Part shown: positions 12,817 through 23,174 of the stretch, piece by piece
How positions within the stretch are numbered: position 1 is the first letter of the stretch
How the letters are laid out: each line of letters begins with the position of its first letter
NCBI GenBank assembly: GCA_030704615.1
Contig: CM060733.1
Location: forward strand, 6,510,001-6,574,000
Source: Takakia lepidozioides
Lineage: Eukaryota > Plantae > Bryophyta
DNA: 64,000 nucleotides
Direction of reading: 5' to 3'
Made by a program: the position numbers and the translations under genes
The notes under the pieces: model-generated
Seen by the model: the letters and a program-made list of their open reading frames with translations, nothing else
Told to the model about the DNA's origin: nothing
Database searches by the model: none

Positions 12817-14150
12817 TTGAAGGACTTGGGAGCACTGAAGGGTCAAGAGATCCGTATTGAGTTGGCCACTGACACGCCAATCTTTCGGAGACCCTATAGA
12901 TACAGTGACATGGAGAGGTCTTTGATTCAGATGAGGACTCAAGATCTCTGGGAGGCAGGTTTGGTGGAGCTCTCTGGTGGAGAGTATGCTTCAGCCACAG
13001 TGATGCCAGCCAAGAAGGATGTCTATGGCAATTGGACGGAGAGACGTATGTGCGGTGATTACCGGCCTGTAAATCGTCAGACCAAGTCCGATAAGTATGC
13101 CATGCCAACACCAGAGGAGATCTTTGATGCCATCGGGCATTCAAGGTCTTTAGCACTTTGGATTTACGATCCGGATATCACCAGTTGCCAATCAAGGAGG
13201 CGGACAAGCAAAAGACGGCATTCTGGGGGATCAATGAGCACGGCAAGGATTGCCTATACCAGTGGCGGTTCTTACCATTTGGGCTTAAGAATGCTCCTGC
13301 AGAGTTTCAGAGAGTCATGGATAGGATTCTAGCAGGGGTGGACTTTGCTCGGTGCTACATAGATGACATCATCATCTTTAGTGTTACGATGGAGGAGCAT
13401 GAGAGACACCTTCAGGTGGTATTGGAGCGCTTGAGAGCGCACGGATTGAAGTTGCATCCGGGGAAGTGCAAGTTTTTCCACAACCAGATTGAGTATCTGG
13501 GTCACATGATATATCCTGGAGGATTGGGGGTACAGCAACTAAGGTAGAGGCCATTGCACAAATTCCACGCCCCACGGATGTGAGCCGAGTTCGAGCTTTC
13601 ATGGGGTTGGCAAACTATTATAGACGGTTTGTCAAGGGATTTAGTACCATTGCAAAGGCTCTAACCAAGCTGACCAAGGTGGACCAGGAGTGGCAGTGGG
13701 AAGATGAGCAGGAACGAGCTTTTCAAGAGCTCAAGGCGAGGTTGACCTCGGCGCCTATCTTGAGACGACCTATCAGGGGGCGTCCCTTTCAGCTGCATAC
13801 GGATTGGAGCATGCTGGGGCTTGGAGCGGTGTCACACAGGTGGATGATGAGGGAAGAGAGTTCGTAGTGGCTTACGCTAGCCGCTCGAACAACGCTGCAG
13901 AGGCTAAGTACAGCTCATATGAGGGAGAGTGCTTAGCTGCAGTGTGGGCCGTGGCACACTTCAGGTGCTATCTATACGGCAATCTTTTCACCCTTGTCAC
14001 GGATCACCAGCCACTCAAGTGGTTGATGGAGTCAGACAAGCTTACGGGGAAGCTTGCACGGTGGGCACTTATACTCCAGGAGTATGACTTTCAGGTTGTG
14101 CATCGACCGGGTTTGGTCAATCGGGATGCGGATGGATTGAGTCGCAATCC
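12817..14150 (+). pseudogene. Reverse transcriptase and RNase H (gypsy type)
   Basis: RT: RMCGDYRPVN, DLRSGYHQ, LPFGLKNAPAEFQ, YIDDIII, LHPGKC, YLGH. RH: LHTDWS, YEGECLAAVWAV, TDHQPLKWL, DADGLSR. Several frameshifts. Confidence 0.95.
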
Positions 14151-14453
14151 ATGCATGAGCCAGCAGGATGACACTGGAGCTCGGTGGCATGGTGAGACGG
14201 ACGAGGAGATGGTGCCGGGATGGCACGCATCTGCATTTTTGTGTATCTTGGCATGGGGAGGTCAGATTGGACCTACAACAGGGATGACTGTAGACGGAGT
14301 GTCTGAGGACCCTGAGGCTAGTGATGAGCTAGGTGGTGCCAGAGATATACATGAGGATTCGGCTGTGTTGGACTACCTCCGCACGGGAGACACGGCAGCC
14401 ATTGTGACTGCCAGGGAGAGGGATCGGATCCTGCAACGAGCCAAGAGGTTCAA

Positions 14454-15787
14454 GTGGGAGGGGATACACCTACTTCGAGTGTGGGAAATGGTCGGGTGAG
14501 GATTGTGCCTCACCCCACACAGCGTGCACGGTTAGTGCGGCATGCCCATGAGGAGTTGGGGCATTTTGGAGTGCGACGCACTCACAGTTTACTGCAGGGG
14601 CAGTATTGGTGGCGTGGTATGCATACAGAGGTGCAACAGTTCGTGGCTAGGTGCATGGTGTGTGACAGGGTGCGTGCTTCATTCAACGCCCCTACACCAC
14701 AGTTGCATCCTTTACCAATCATGGGATTGGGCTACAGGTGGAGTCTTGACTTCGCAGGACCGTTGCCACTGACTATGCGCCACCACAGATATGTGTTGGT
14801 GATGGTGGAGCACTTCTCCAAGTGGATTGAGTTGGTTCCATTGCCTGACAAGGCTAGTGAGGGGGCTGCGTATGCATTCTTGGATCGTGTGCTTAGCCGA
14901 TTTGGTGCTCCAGCTGAGGTACTCACGGACCAAGGGAGAGAGTTTTTGGGGAGTTTCAGGCTTTGTGTGATAAAGCCTTGATAGACCACCGCACCACTTC
15001 TCGGGATCATCCTGAGGCCGATGGCTTAGCAGAGAGAGTTGTTCAGACGGTGAAGAGGGGTTGCGCAAGTATGGCTTGCAGAAGGGACACCTAGGAGATT
15101 GGGATCTTCAGGTTCCTTGGTTAGCCATGGGCTACAGGTTCAGCAAACAAGCATCACTTGCCTCCTTCTCACCATATTTCCTTCTCTTTGGCCGGGAGCC
15201 GGATTTGCCTGCAGCCATTCGTAGGGACACTGCTCAAGTCCTTAACCTTGACGATCCGGACGTGTGGGTACATGCATGTGATCAGCGTGCAGAGTTGTTC
15301 AAGAAAGTCATGCCCATGGCTTTTGAGAACCTTGCCATTGCACAGCACCGTGATACGTTGAGGTATGCCACTATACGTGGTGGAGGATATCGTCCTGGGG
15401 TTCGGAGGTTTAGCCCTGGTGACTATGTTTATTTGCAGCAGACTGCTCCTACGACTCTGGATGTTACTGCAGGGCGTGTTATTCTGAGGGTTCGAGAGGT
15501 GTTGCCCTCAGGGGTCCTGATCTTGGAGGGTCGGGATGGCATGACTTGGAAGGACCATATGCGTAATTGTGCGCCATGTCACCTTCCCAATGTCGATGGC
15601 AGAGTTGACCCAAACTTGGCAGTGGTACCTACAGGTTTGAGGTGCATGCTTTGTGGGTCTGCCAAAGGGGCAGCCACCATGCTGGTGTGTGATCGATGCT
15701 CAAGGGGTTGGCATATGGGATGCTTGATACCACCTCTTGAGAAGGTTCCTGACGGAGATTGGTTTGTGTCCACACTGCTTGGGATAG
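14454..15787 (+). pseudogene. DDE integrase with HHCC zinc finger and C-terminal PHD finger
   Basis: HAHEELGHFG...CMVC, WSLDFAGP, LTDQG, ADGLAERVV, SPYFLLFGR. PHD at 15643-15778: CMLC...MLVCDRCSRGWHMGCLIPPLEKVPDGDW. Removing one T at ~15763 gives LCPHC-LG-stop. Confidence 0.9.
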
Positions 15788-16036
15788 TGGCAGTGGACAT
15801 GACTGGAGGCAGCTAACAAGACATGGGAGGCCAAGCTCATAGGAGTCAATACATGAGATCCCAAGCTCAAGTTCACAGGTTGCAAGACGGCGACTAATGA
15901 TGGGGCAACTCTTGCACCCGGCCTCTTGATCTATCGAGTTTGAGTGTAGTAGGGATAATGGTGGAGGACTTAGTGAGGCTATGGTCACTATTACATCTTG
16001 TGGCTACCTGGACTTAGAGGGACCTAAGCACCAGCT

Positions 16037-16235
16037 AGGGGGGCGATTGTGTGGACTAGTGACTGCCATAGTGGGCAGCATAATGGCAGCCTAGTGACTG
16101 ACTAGTTGTAGCCTAGTGGTTGGACTAGTGGCTGGACTAGTGGTGGACTAGTAGTATACTAGTGTGTGGTGTGCACATGTGTTGTGTGGTTTTGGACAGC
16201 GATGTAGTTGTGTAGCGATATGTATGCGCACGACA
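16037..16235 (+). repeat. Polypurine tract (16037-16043) and 3' terminal LTR-like unit (16048-16235)
   Basis: agggggg-cgat is followed by TGTGTG...CACGACA (188 bp). Internal GGACTAGTGG repeats. No extended similarity to 4623-4686. Confidence 0.65.
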
Positions 16236-18540
16236 GGAGAACTATGAGCAAATGATGGGGGAAGGGGTCCAGCCCAGCCACATCATGTTTGTATGCATTG
16301 TGGGCCTGGCAGCCCTGGAGAAGGGTAAAGAGGTGCATGGGGATATCATCAAAGCTGGAATTGTACCTTATGTCATTCCATACACTGCCCTGGCAGCTCT
16401 GGAAAAGGGGAAGGAGGTCTGTGGTGACATCTTCAGAGCTGGAATTGTACCAAATGTCATTATGAACAATACCCTAGTGGACATGTATGCAAATGTGGGT
16501 GCATCGGGGATGCAAGGGAGTGTTCAACCTATGGCTAAACGAGATGTGGTGTCGTGGTGCGATGCTTGCAGGGTATGCACAACAGAGACGTGGGATGGAG
16601 GCTTTGGAGACCTATGAGCAAATGATGGGGGAAGGGGTTCAGCCCGGCCACATCATGTTTGTATGCATTGCAGGCCTGGCAGCCCTGGAGAAGGGTAAAG
16701 AGGTGCATGGGGATATCATCAAAGCTGGAATTGTACCTTATGTCATTCGAAACACTGCCCTGGCAACTCTGGAAAAGGGGAAGGAGGTCCATGGTGACAC
16801 CTTCAGAGCTGGAATTGTACCAATGTCATTTTGAACAATACCCTAGTGGACATGTAGGCAAAAGTGGGTGCATCAAGATGCAAAGGGAGTGTTCAACACT
16901 ATAGCTGAACGAGATGTGGTGTCGTGGAGTGCGATGCTTGCAGGGTATGCACAACAGGGACGTGGGATGGAGGCTTTGGAGACCTATGAGCAAATGATGG
17001 GGAAGGGGTTCAGCCCGGCCACATCATGTTTGTATGCATTGCAGGCCTGGCAGCCCTGGAGAAGGGTAAAGAGGTGCATGGGGATATCATCAAAGCTGGA
17101 ATTGTACCTAATGTCATTCGAAACACTGCCCTGGCATCTCTGGAAAAGGGAAGGAGGTCCATGGTGACACCTTCAGAGCTGGAAATGTACCAAATGTCAT
17201 TTTGAACAACACCCTAGTGGACATGTAGGCAAAATGTGGGTGCATCGAGGATGCAAAGGGAGTGTTCAACACTATGGCTGAACGAGATGTGGTGTCGTGG
17301 AGTGCGATGCTTGCAGGGTATGCACAACAGGGACGTGGGATGGAGGCTTTGGAGACCTATGAGCAAATGATGGGGGAAGGGTTCAGCCCGGCCACATCAT
17401 GTTTGTGTGCATTGCAGGCCTGGCAGCCCTGATTTAAATCAGACACCTCAACCATACCACAGCTTCTAAAAGAGGATCAAGAGAGGGAGTCCATAATGCC
17501 TCTTCTTGCTCTTCTGGGCATGTGAAGATGCTTTGTGAGGCAGGCAGAGTGAAAGAGGCTCTACAACCTTTAAACCAAGGAGCATTTCAGTCACATTATC
17601 CAAAGTGGATTCACACCAAGTGTTTTTCTCCTCAACCCCCTTGTGAACATGTATGTTAAGTGCAGGAGCATCATGAATGCACACCGATGTGTTCAACGGA
17701 ATGCCTCAACAAACTTTGATCACGTTGAATATAATGTTGGCAGGATTTAACATGGTGTGGTAGGAATGCTTTGGAGACCTATGAGCAACTGCTGCGCGAA
17801 AGGGGTGAAGCCAACCACATCACATTTGTTTGTAATGCATGTGCAAGCCTGGGAGCTCTGGAAAAGGGCAAAGAGGTCCATGGTGACATTGTCAAATCTG
17901 GAATTGTACCCAATGTTGTTCTGAACACTGCCCTGGTGGACTACATGTATGCCAAATGTGGTGCATCTTGTGAGGGCAGCAGATTGAAAGAGCTCTAACC
18001 TTTAACCAGTGAGCATTCAGCGTCACATATCCAAAGTGGATTCACAACCAAGTGTTTTTTTACTTTCCTCCTCAACCCCCTGTGAACATGTATGTTAAGT
18101 GCAGGAGCATCATGAATGCACACCGAGTGTTCAACGGAATGCCTCAACAAACTTTGATCACGTTGAATATAATGTTGGCAGGATTTAACATGGGTGTGGT
18201 AGGAATGCTTTGGAGACCTATGAGCAACTGCCGCGCGAAGGTGAAGCCCAACCACATCACATTTGTTTGTAATGCATGTGCAAGCCTGGGAGCTCTGGAA
18301 AAGGGCAAAGAGGTCCATGGTGACATTGTCAAATCTGGAATTGTACCCAATGTTGTTCTGAACACTGCCCTGGTGGACTACATGTATGCCAAATGTGGGT
18401 GCATCGAGGATGCAAAAGAAGTGTTTGACAGTATGGCTGAACGAGATGTGGTGTCGTGGAGTGCGATGATTGCAAGATATGCACAACAAGGGCGCGGATG
18501 GAGGCTTTGGAGACCTATGAGCAATGATGCGGGAAGGGGT
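16236..18540 (+). pseudogene. PLS-class PPR pseudogene array, right part (three ~372-bp units plus two further duplicated gene starts)
   Basis: Unit starts at 16236, 16606, 16978 and 17351. Shared ATG-TAG stop at 16855 and 17226. N-terminal 'LCEAGRVKEAL'-type starts at ~17530 and ~17968. No E/DYW domain seen. Confidence 0.85.
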
Positions 18541-18563
18541 GATTCCCCGTGGAAAAATAGCTC

Positions 18564-19282
18564 CAAGAAACCTGCATGGGTAGATGGTCAACTGGAAGCC
18601 GCAGCAGCAGCGGCACAATTGATAAAATCAAGCAATGCTAATCAAGGCACCTTCTTCAACCCATTTCACTCTGTTTTCCCCTCTTATCAGAATCGCCCTA
18701 AATTTTCATGTTTTAAGAATTCTGCAAGTTAGCTGGTTGAGTGAACCTTTGATAGTTTGGAGTGACTTTGACATGATACTGCCAAAGTGACAATAGGAAA
18801 GTATCCAGAAATAGGTAACAGAGAGGAGAAGCTGTGGAATGAATACTTTTTTGACCCCAGTCAATGTTGGGACAACCGTCTTGGAAGGTAAATGCCTTTG
18901 GATTACAGAGTGGTAGATGCAATTGAGAATAGGAACTGGTGTGATAAGTTGAGTTGGGTGTTTGCTGGAACAAATCTAGGCTGCCATTTGTCAGCTGTTA
19001 ACAGCAATGCAAGGATGTAAGCATGATCTGTCCATATTACTTATGATTCCCTGTGGAGGGTTAGCTACAAGAAACCTGCATGGGTAGATGGTACATAGTT
19101 TGGAGTGATTTTGACATGATATTGCCAAAGTGACAATAGGAAAGTATCCAGAAACATGTAACAAAGATGAGAAGAAGTTGTGGAATGAATGCTATTCTGA
19201 CCGCAGTCAAGGGTGGGACAACCAACGGAAAAAGGTGAATGTCTATTAGATTACAGAGAGTAGGAGACGCAACTCAGCATAG
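18564..19282 (+). repeat. Local direct duplication
   Basis: aagaaacctgcatgggtagatggt at ~18566 and ~19069. The block atagtttggagtga...gattacagag...atag at ~18752-18931 is repeated at ~19096-19282. Confidence 0.7.
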
Positions 19283-19982
19283 ACACTAAGGCAAACTCTC
19301 CTTCCCTGCAAAGGGTGTGTTTTGGTATCTGAGTGAATAAATATAATTTCTAAAAACATAATTTCAATATTTTGTTATTTAATAATGTTCTCATCCAGGC
19401 CACTGTTCATTTTTCCTATAATAATAATAATAACAATAATAACAATAAATTAAATCCATTAATATTCAAACTTAATATTGGAAAGCAAATAATTAATTAA
19501 TTAATGTGTACCACCACACAGGAACGAACACGTGTTGCATAGTGACTTGTCGAAGGTGTGAAATATGACACGTGTCGCATAGTGGCTTGTTCAAGGTGTG
19601 AAATCCGCCGTGAAACATGCCACACTGGCCTTTTTCACACTCTGCCATGTCAGCTATGCCATCGGCCATATCAACGGCCATGTCACCATGCACCCCGTGA
19701 AAAAAGCCCACCCATGGAAAAAGCCTCCCGTGGAAAAAGCCACCCGTGGACTTTTCCACAGGGCCACCCGAGAGCCAGGCCGTCCACAGGGTGTCCGAAA
19801 GCACTAGTCGTTCCTTACACCCACGGCAGGTGTGGACTGCGGCTGATTCCACAGCAAAAAGTGTGGAAAAAGCTGTGGAAAAAGCCGGTTTCTCTTCTAG
19901 TGCCCCGCACTTTGGAATTAGACGAAGTGCGCGCACGGTAGCAGATTCCCAACAAGCAGCCTGTCATCATAAAAACTCCTCT

Positions 19983-20280
19983 TCAGGAGCCCATCATGCA
20001 GCCCATGCCAATGGGAAGACCTGTCATCCAACAGACTGACAGCCATCGATATGGTGTCCTCACTCGATCTCCCCATATTTTCCAATTCTGGGTTTTGACT
20101 ATCTTTCGACGCCAATCAACATCAGGGTTGTGAGATTCCATCCAAGACATGCCTAATATTACGTCATATCGAGCCAGTCTGACGACTCGCCATTCTATGG
20201 TTTCTCTATATGTATGCACCGATTTTTGCGTACTCGGCAAGTTCTTGAAGTCATATGTCCCCTACCGCTAGTCTGAAGGT
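19983..20280 (-). pseudogene. Ty3/gypsy aspartic-protease C-terminal fragment
   Basis: YRETIEWRVVRLARYDVILGMSWMESHNPDVDWRRK matches the typical gypsy PR tail (D-ILG-W--HNP-IDW). Confidence 0.7.
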
Positions 20281-23174
20281 CGTCAGATCTCGTAGGGTGA
20301 CCAGCAGACTGCCTTTCTCCCACATAGCACGGCGCTTTTTGCAGTTTGGCGATCGCCATCATCGGTAATTCGACCCGAAGCTGAAGACCTCACACTTAGG
20401 GTGGGATAAATTAATCCCCATTTGGATTGGCATAATGAGCTCCACTGGATTGTTGCGGACCGCCGGTGGTCATTTGTACCCTTTCATTATTCCATGGAGT
20501 TTTCTATTGAGGAAGCCAACCATGTTCTGGAAGCCGCCTCTGCTATTGCCATTGAAGCCACAACCGTCCACAATGCGCCGCCTCTACTTGTGCAGCTGAT
20601 TCTCATGGCTGACCCACGGCCTGAAGACCTCAGACATATGCCTATGACACATCCAACCTTTGGGGTGCGAAGAAAGCACTTGTTCGGATTGACTGAGGAG
20701 GACTTTGAGCGCATGGCAGCTTCCTTCCTACAACACAGATGGATGCAATTTGGCAATTTCCGCTCGTACAGCAAGTTGATAAAAGATTTGCATAGTTTGA
20801 GGATGGACTTACTCCATGGAACAGACCATTCACAAAAGTTTGTACTGGATGACGCATTGCAGTGGTTTGCATTGGTGATGGAGCGAGCAGTATTCGACAT
20901 TGTTTTGCAGAATCCCAATGTTTTCAAAGTCCTGTGGTGTGAGACCCCAACTGAAGACCGCATCAGCGCCATTGCTCATCTCGATGGAGCATGCATGTGT
21001 CGGCAAATCAAGGACATTGGCCTCGTCGGAAATCTCTTGGAAGGTAAAATGTTCTGGGCAACTTTCGTGTTTCAGCTCCATTTCTTTTGCCAACTTTTTT
21101 AGAAGTTCACATTTGTAGAAAACATGTGTTGTAGGGCGAGTAAGTGCAGGCTGCTTTCGACTCTTTTGCCAGAGGTGCAAGGGACCTTGTCCTGGCTTTA
21201 CAAGGAGTTTGGGAGACTGTCCAGCAGACTGGCCACGAGAATGTCCAACAACATATTCCCCACGACACATGTGGGCAAACTGCCCAAGTGCTGGAGACCG
21301 AGCATGTGCACTAGACCGTCCCGGGTAATAGGCCAGACCACTCCCAGCAGACTGCCCCGCACACACATACTCAATATGTGCAAACAGTACTGAGCGGGCA
21401 GCGAACTTTGCAGACTTTGCAGCAGACCGGAGAACAGACCGGCCAACAGACTGCCCCTCAGCCGACTGTGCAGCAGACCAGCGAACATGGCCAGCAGACT
21501 GCCCCTCAGCAGACTGTGCAGCAAACCGGCCAATCCAGCCAGCAGATTGCCCCTCAGCAGATTGTGCAGCACACTGGCGAACCCACTCAGCAGATGACCA
21601 AGCAGACTGTCCAGGAGACTAACAGCCAGTCTGTTCCCTGGATTGTGCAACAGACTCGGATGCACTGGCCTCACCGGGACCCTGTGGACAAATTTCTGCT
21701 GAGTTCCCAACAACATGTTTTTGGATCTGCCAGTATGAGTGTTTTGAGCGAGTCCACTTTTCCCCAGGCACATTCACTGACGACGTCATCAGGTCACTGG
21801 TAAAGCATTCTTATCCAGCTCCCCGTGGCTTGCCTTCTATGACCTTCCAGCTCAGTCCCGTTTTCGTGCGCTCAGTGGCGAAAGCCATAGATGAGTCTTA
21901 CGTGATGATCGAACTCAATCTGGGAACGCAAAACCGTATCATAGATCTTACAGAAGAGTCTGAGGAAGCAATTGCCGGTGGGTCTTCCATACATGTTCTT
22001 GATGTTTCCCAAGTCCATGGAGATCCGAACACCCGGCCGGCTGTCCACCAAACTGACCAGCACACTGAACAGTCGACACATGGAAGGACTGTTGAGCAAC
22101 CTGCGGCGGGGCAGCAGACTGTCTTCATTGATGAGCAGACTAACCAGTAGACTGCATAGGTCATAGAGGGAAGGACTGACCAGGATGGCTCGGAGCGGCA
22201 GACTGCACAGCTCAGCTTTGACTGCACAATTCAGACTGCATGGCCTGATCAGCACACTAAACACTTCACAGAGAGAAGGACTGATGACCAACCTGCCACC
22301 GAGCACACTGGCCACATTGAGGAAGAGACTGAACTGCAGAGTTGCCAGCAGACTACACAGTTCACAGACGAAAGGACTGACGAAGAACTTGCGGCCGAGC
22401 AGACTGCCCACATTGAGCAACAGACTGAACATGCTGGCAGGCATAGTGACGAGGAACCACATGCGGTGCAGACACCGTCTGGTATAGCGCTGGATTACAT
22501 GGAGTCTCCCTCACCCCTTGGGCAGGTTGCAACGACGCAATGGCGTGAGCGTTGCACGTGAGCGCGCGAGCGTACGCTCACGCAGGAGTGACGTGGCGTG
22601 AGCGTACGCTCACGCCAGCTGACGTGGCGTGAGCCTGCACACACGCTAACGTGGCGTGAGCGTCATGTCAGCATGTTGATGTGGCGGTAAATGATGACGT
22701 GGCACTGTCCGTCAACTGCCACGTCAGCATTAACATGCGCCGCCTATAACCGTGGATGGTCCTATGACCGTGGAATTAATGCAGGGAATCTTGCCTAAAT
22801 AGAATCAAGACGAGCGTTGAGGCCTACAATTGCAGCATCCAACATTGTGCAATTACAAATGCTTGTTTCACTTTTACAATTACGAAGACGACAAAATATC
22901 CTCACAAAGTGTGCGCCATAAAGGCTGCCACGAGAAGACTTCCTCCCTCCTCAAATAACAATGAGAGTTATGATCATCTTCAAAAGATGATTGTAGTGCA
23001 TAGCGACAGCAAGACATGTAGACTTCGAACGGTGCAATGACAAATGTGCACTACCTAAAAGTTGTCACTCAGAGCTCACTCCGTATAGTTGGAGGCCATA
23101 TCATTGCACAGCCGACGAATTGATGTGAATTACACATTTCAAATCATGGTCATCCACATACCACATTACATAGT

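Larger units (their letters stand above)
4623..16235 (+). mobile_element. Ty3/gypsy-type retrotransposon (11.6 kb) encoding a DNMT3-like methyltransferase and an integrase-PHD; termini are non-homologous
   Basis: Begins TGTC at 4623 and ends GACA at 16235. Flanked by GGAG (4619-4622 and 16236-16239); removing the element restores the PPR repeat ggctttggaga(a/c)ctatgag. Domain order PR-RT-RH-IN is gypsy-type. Confidence 0.9.
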
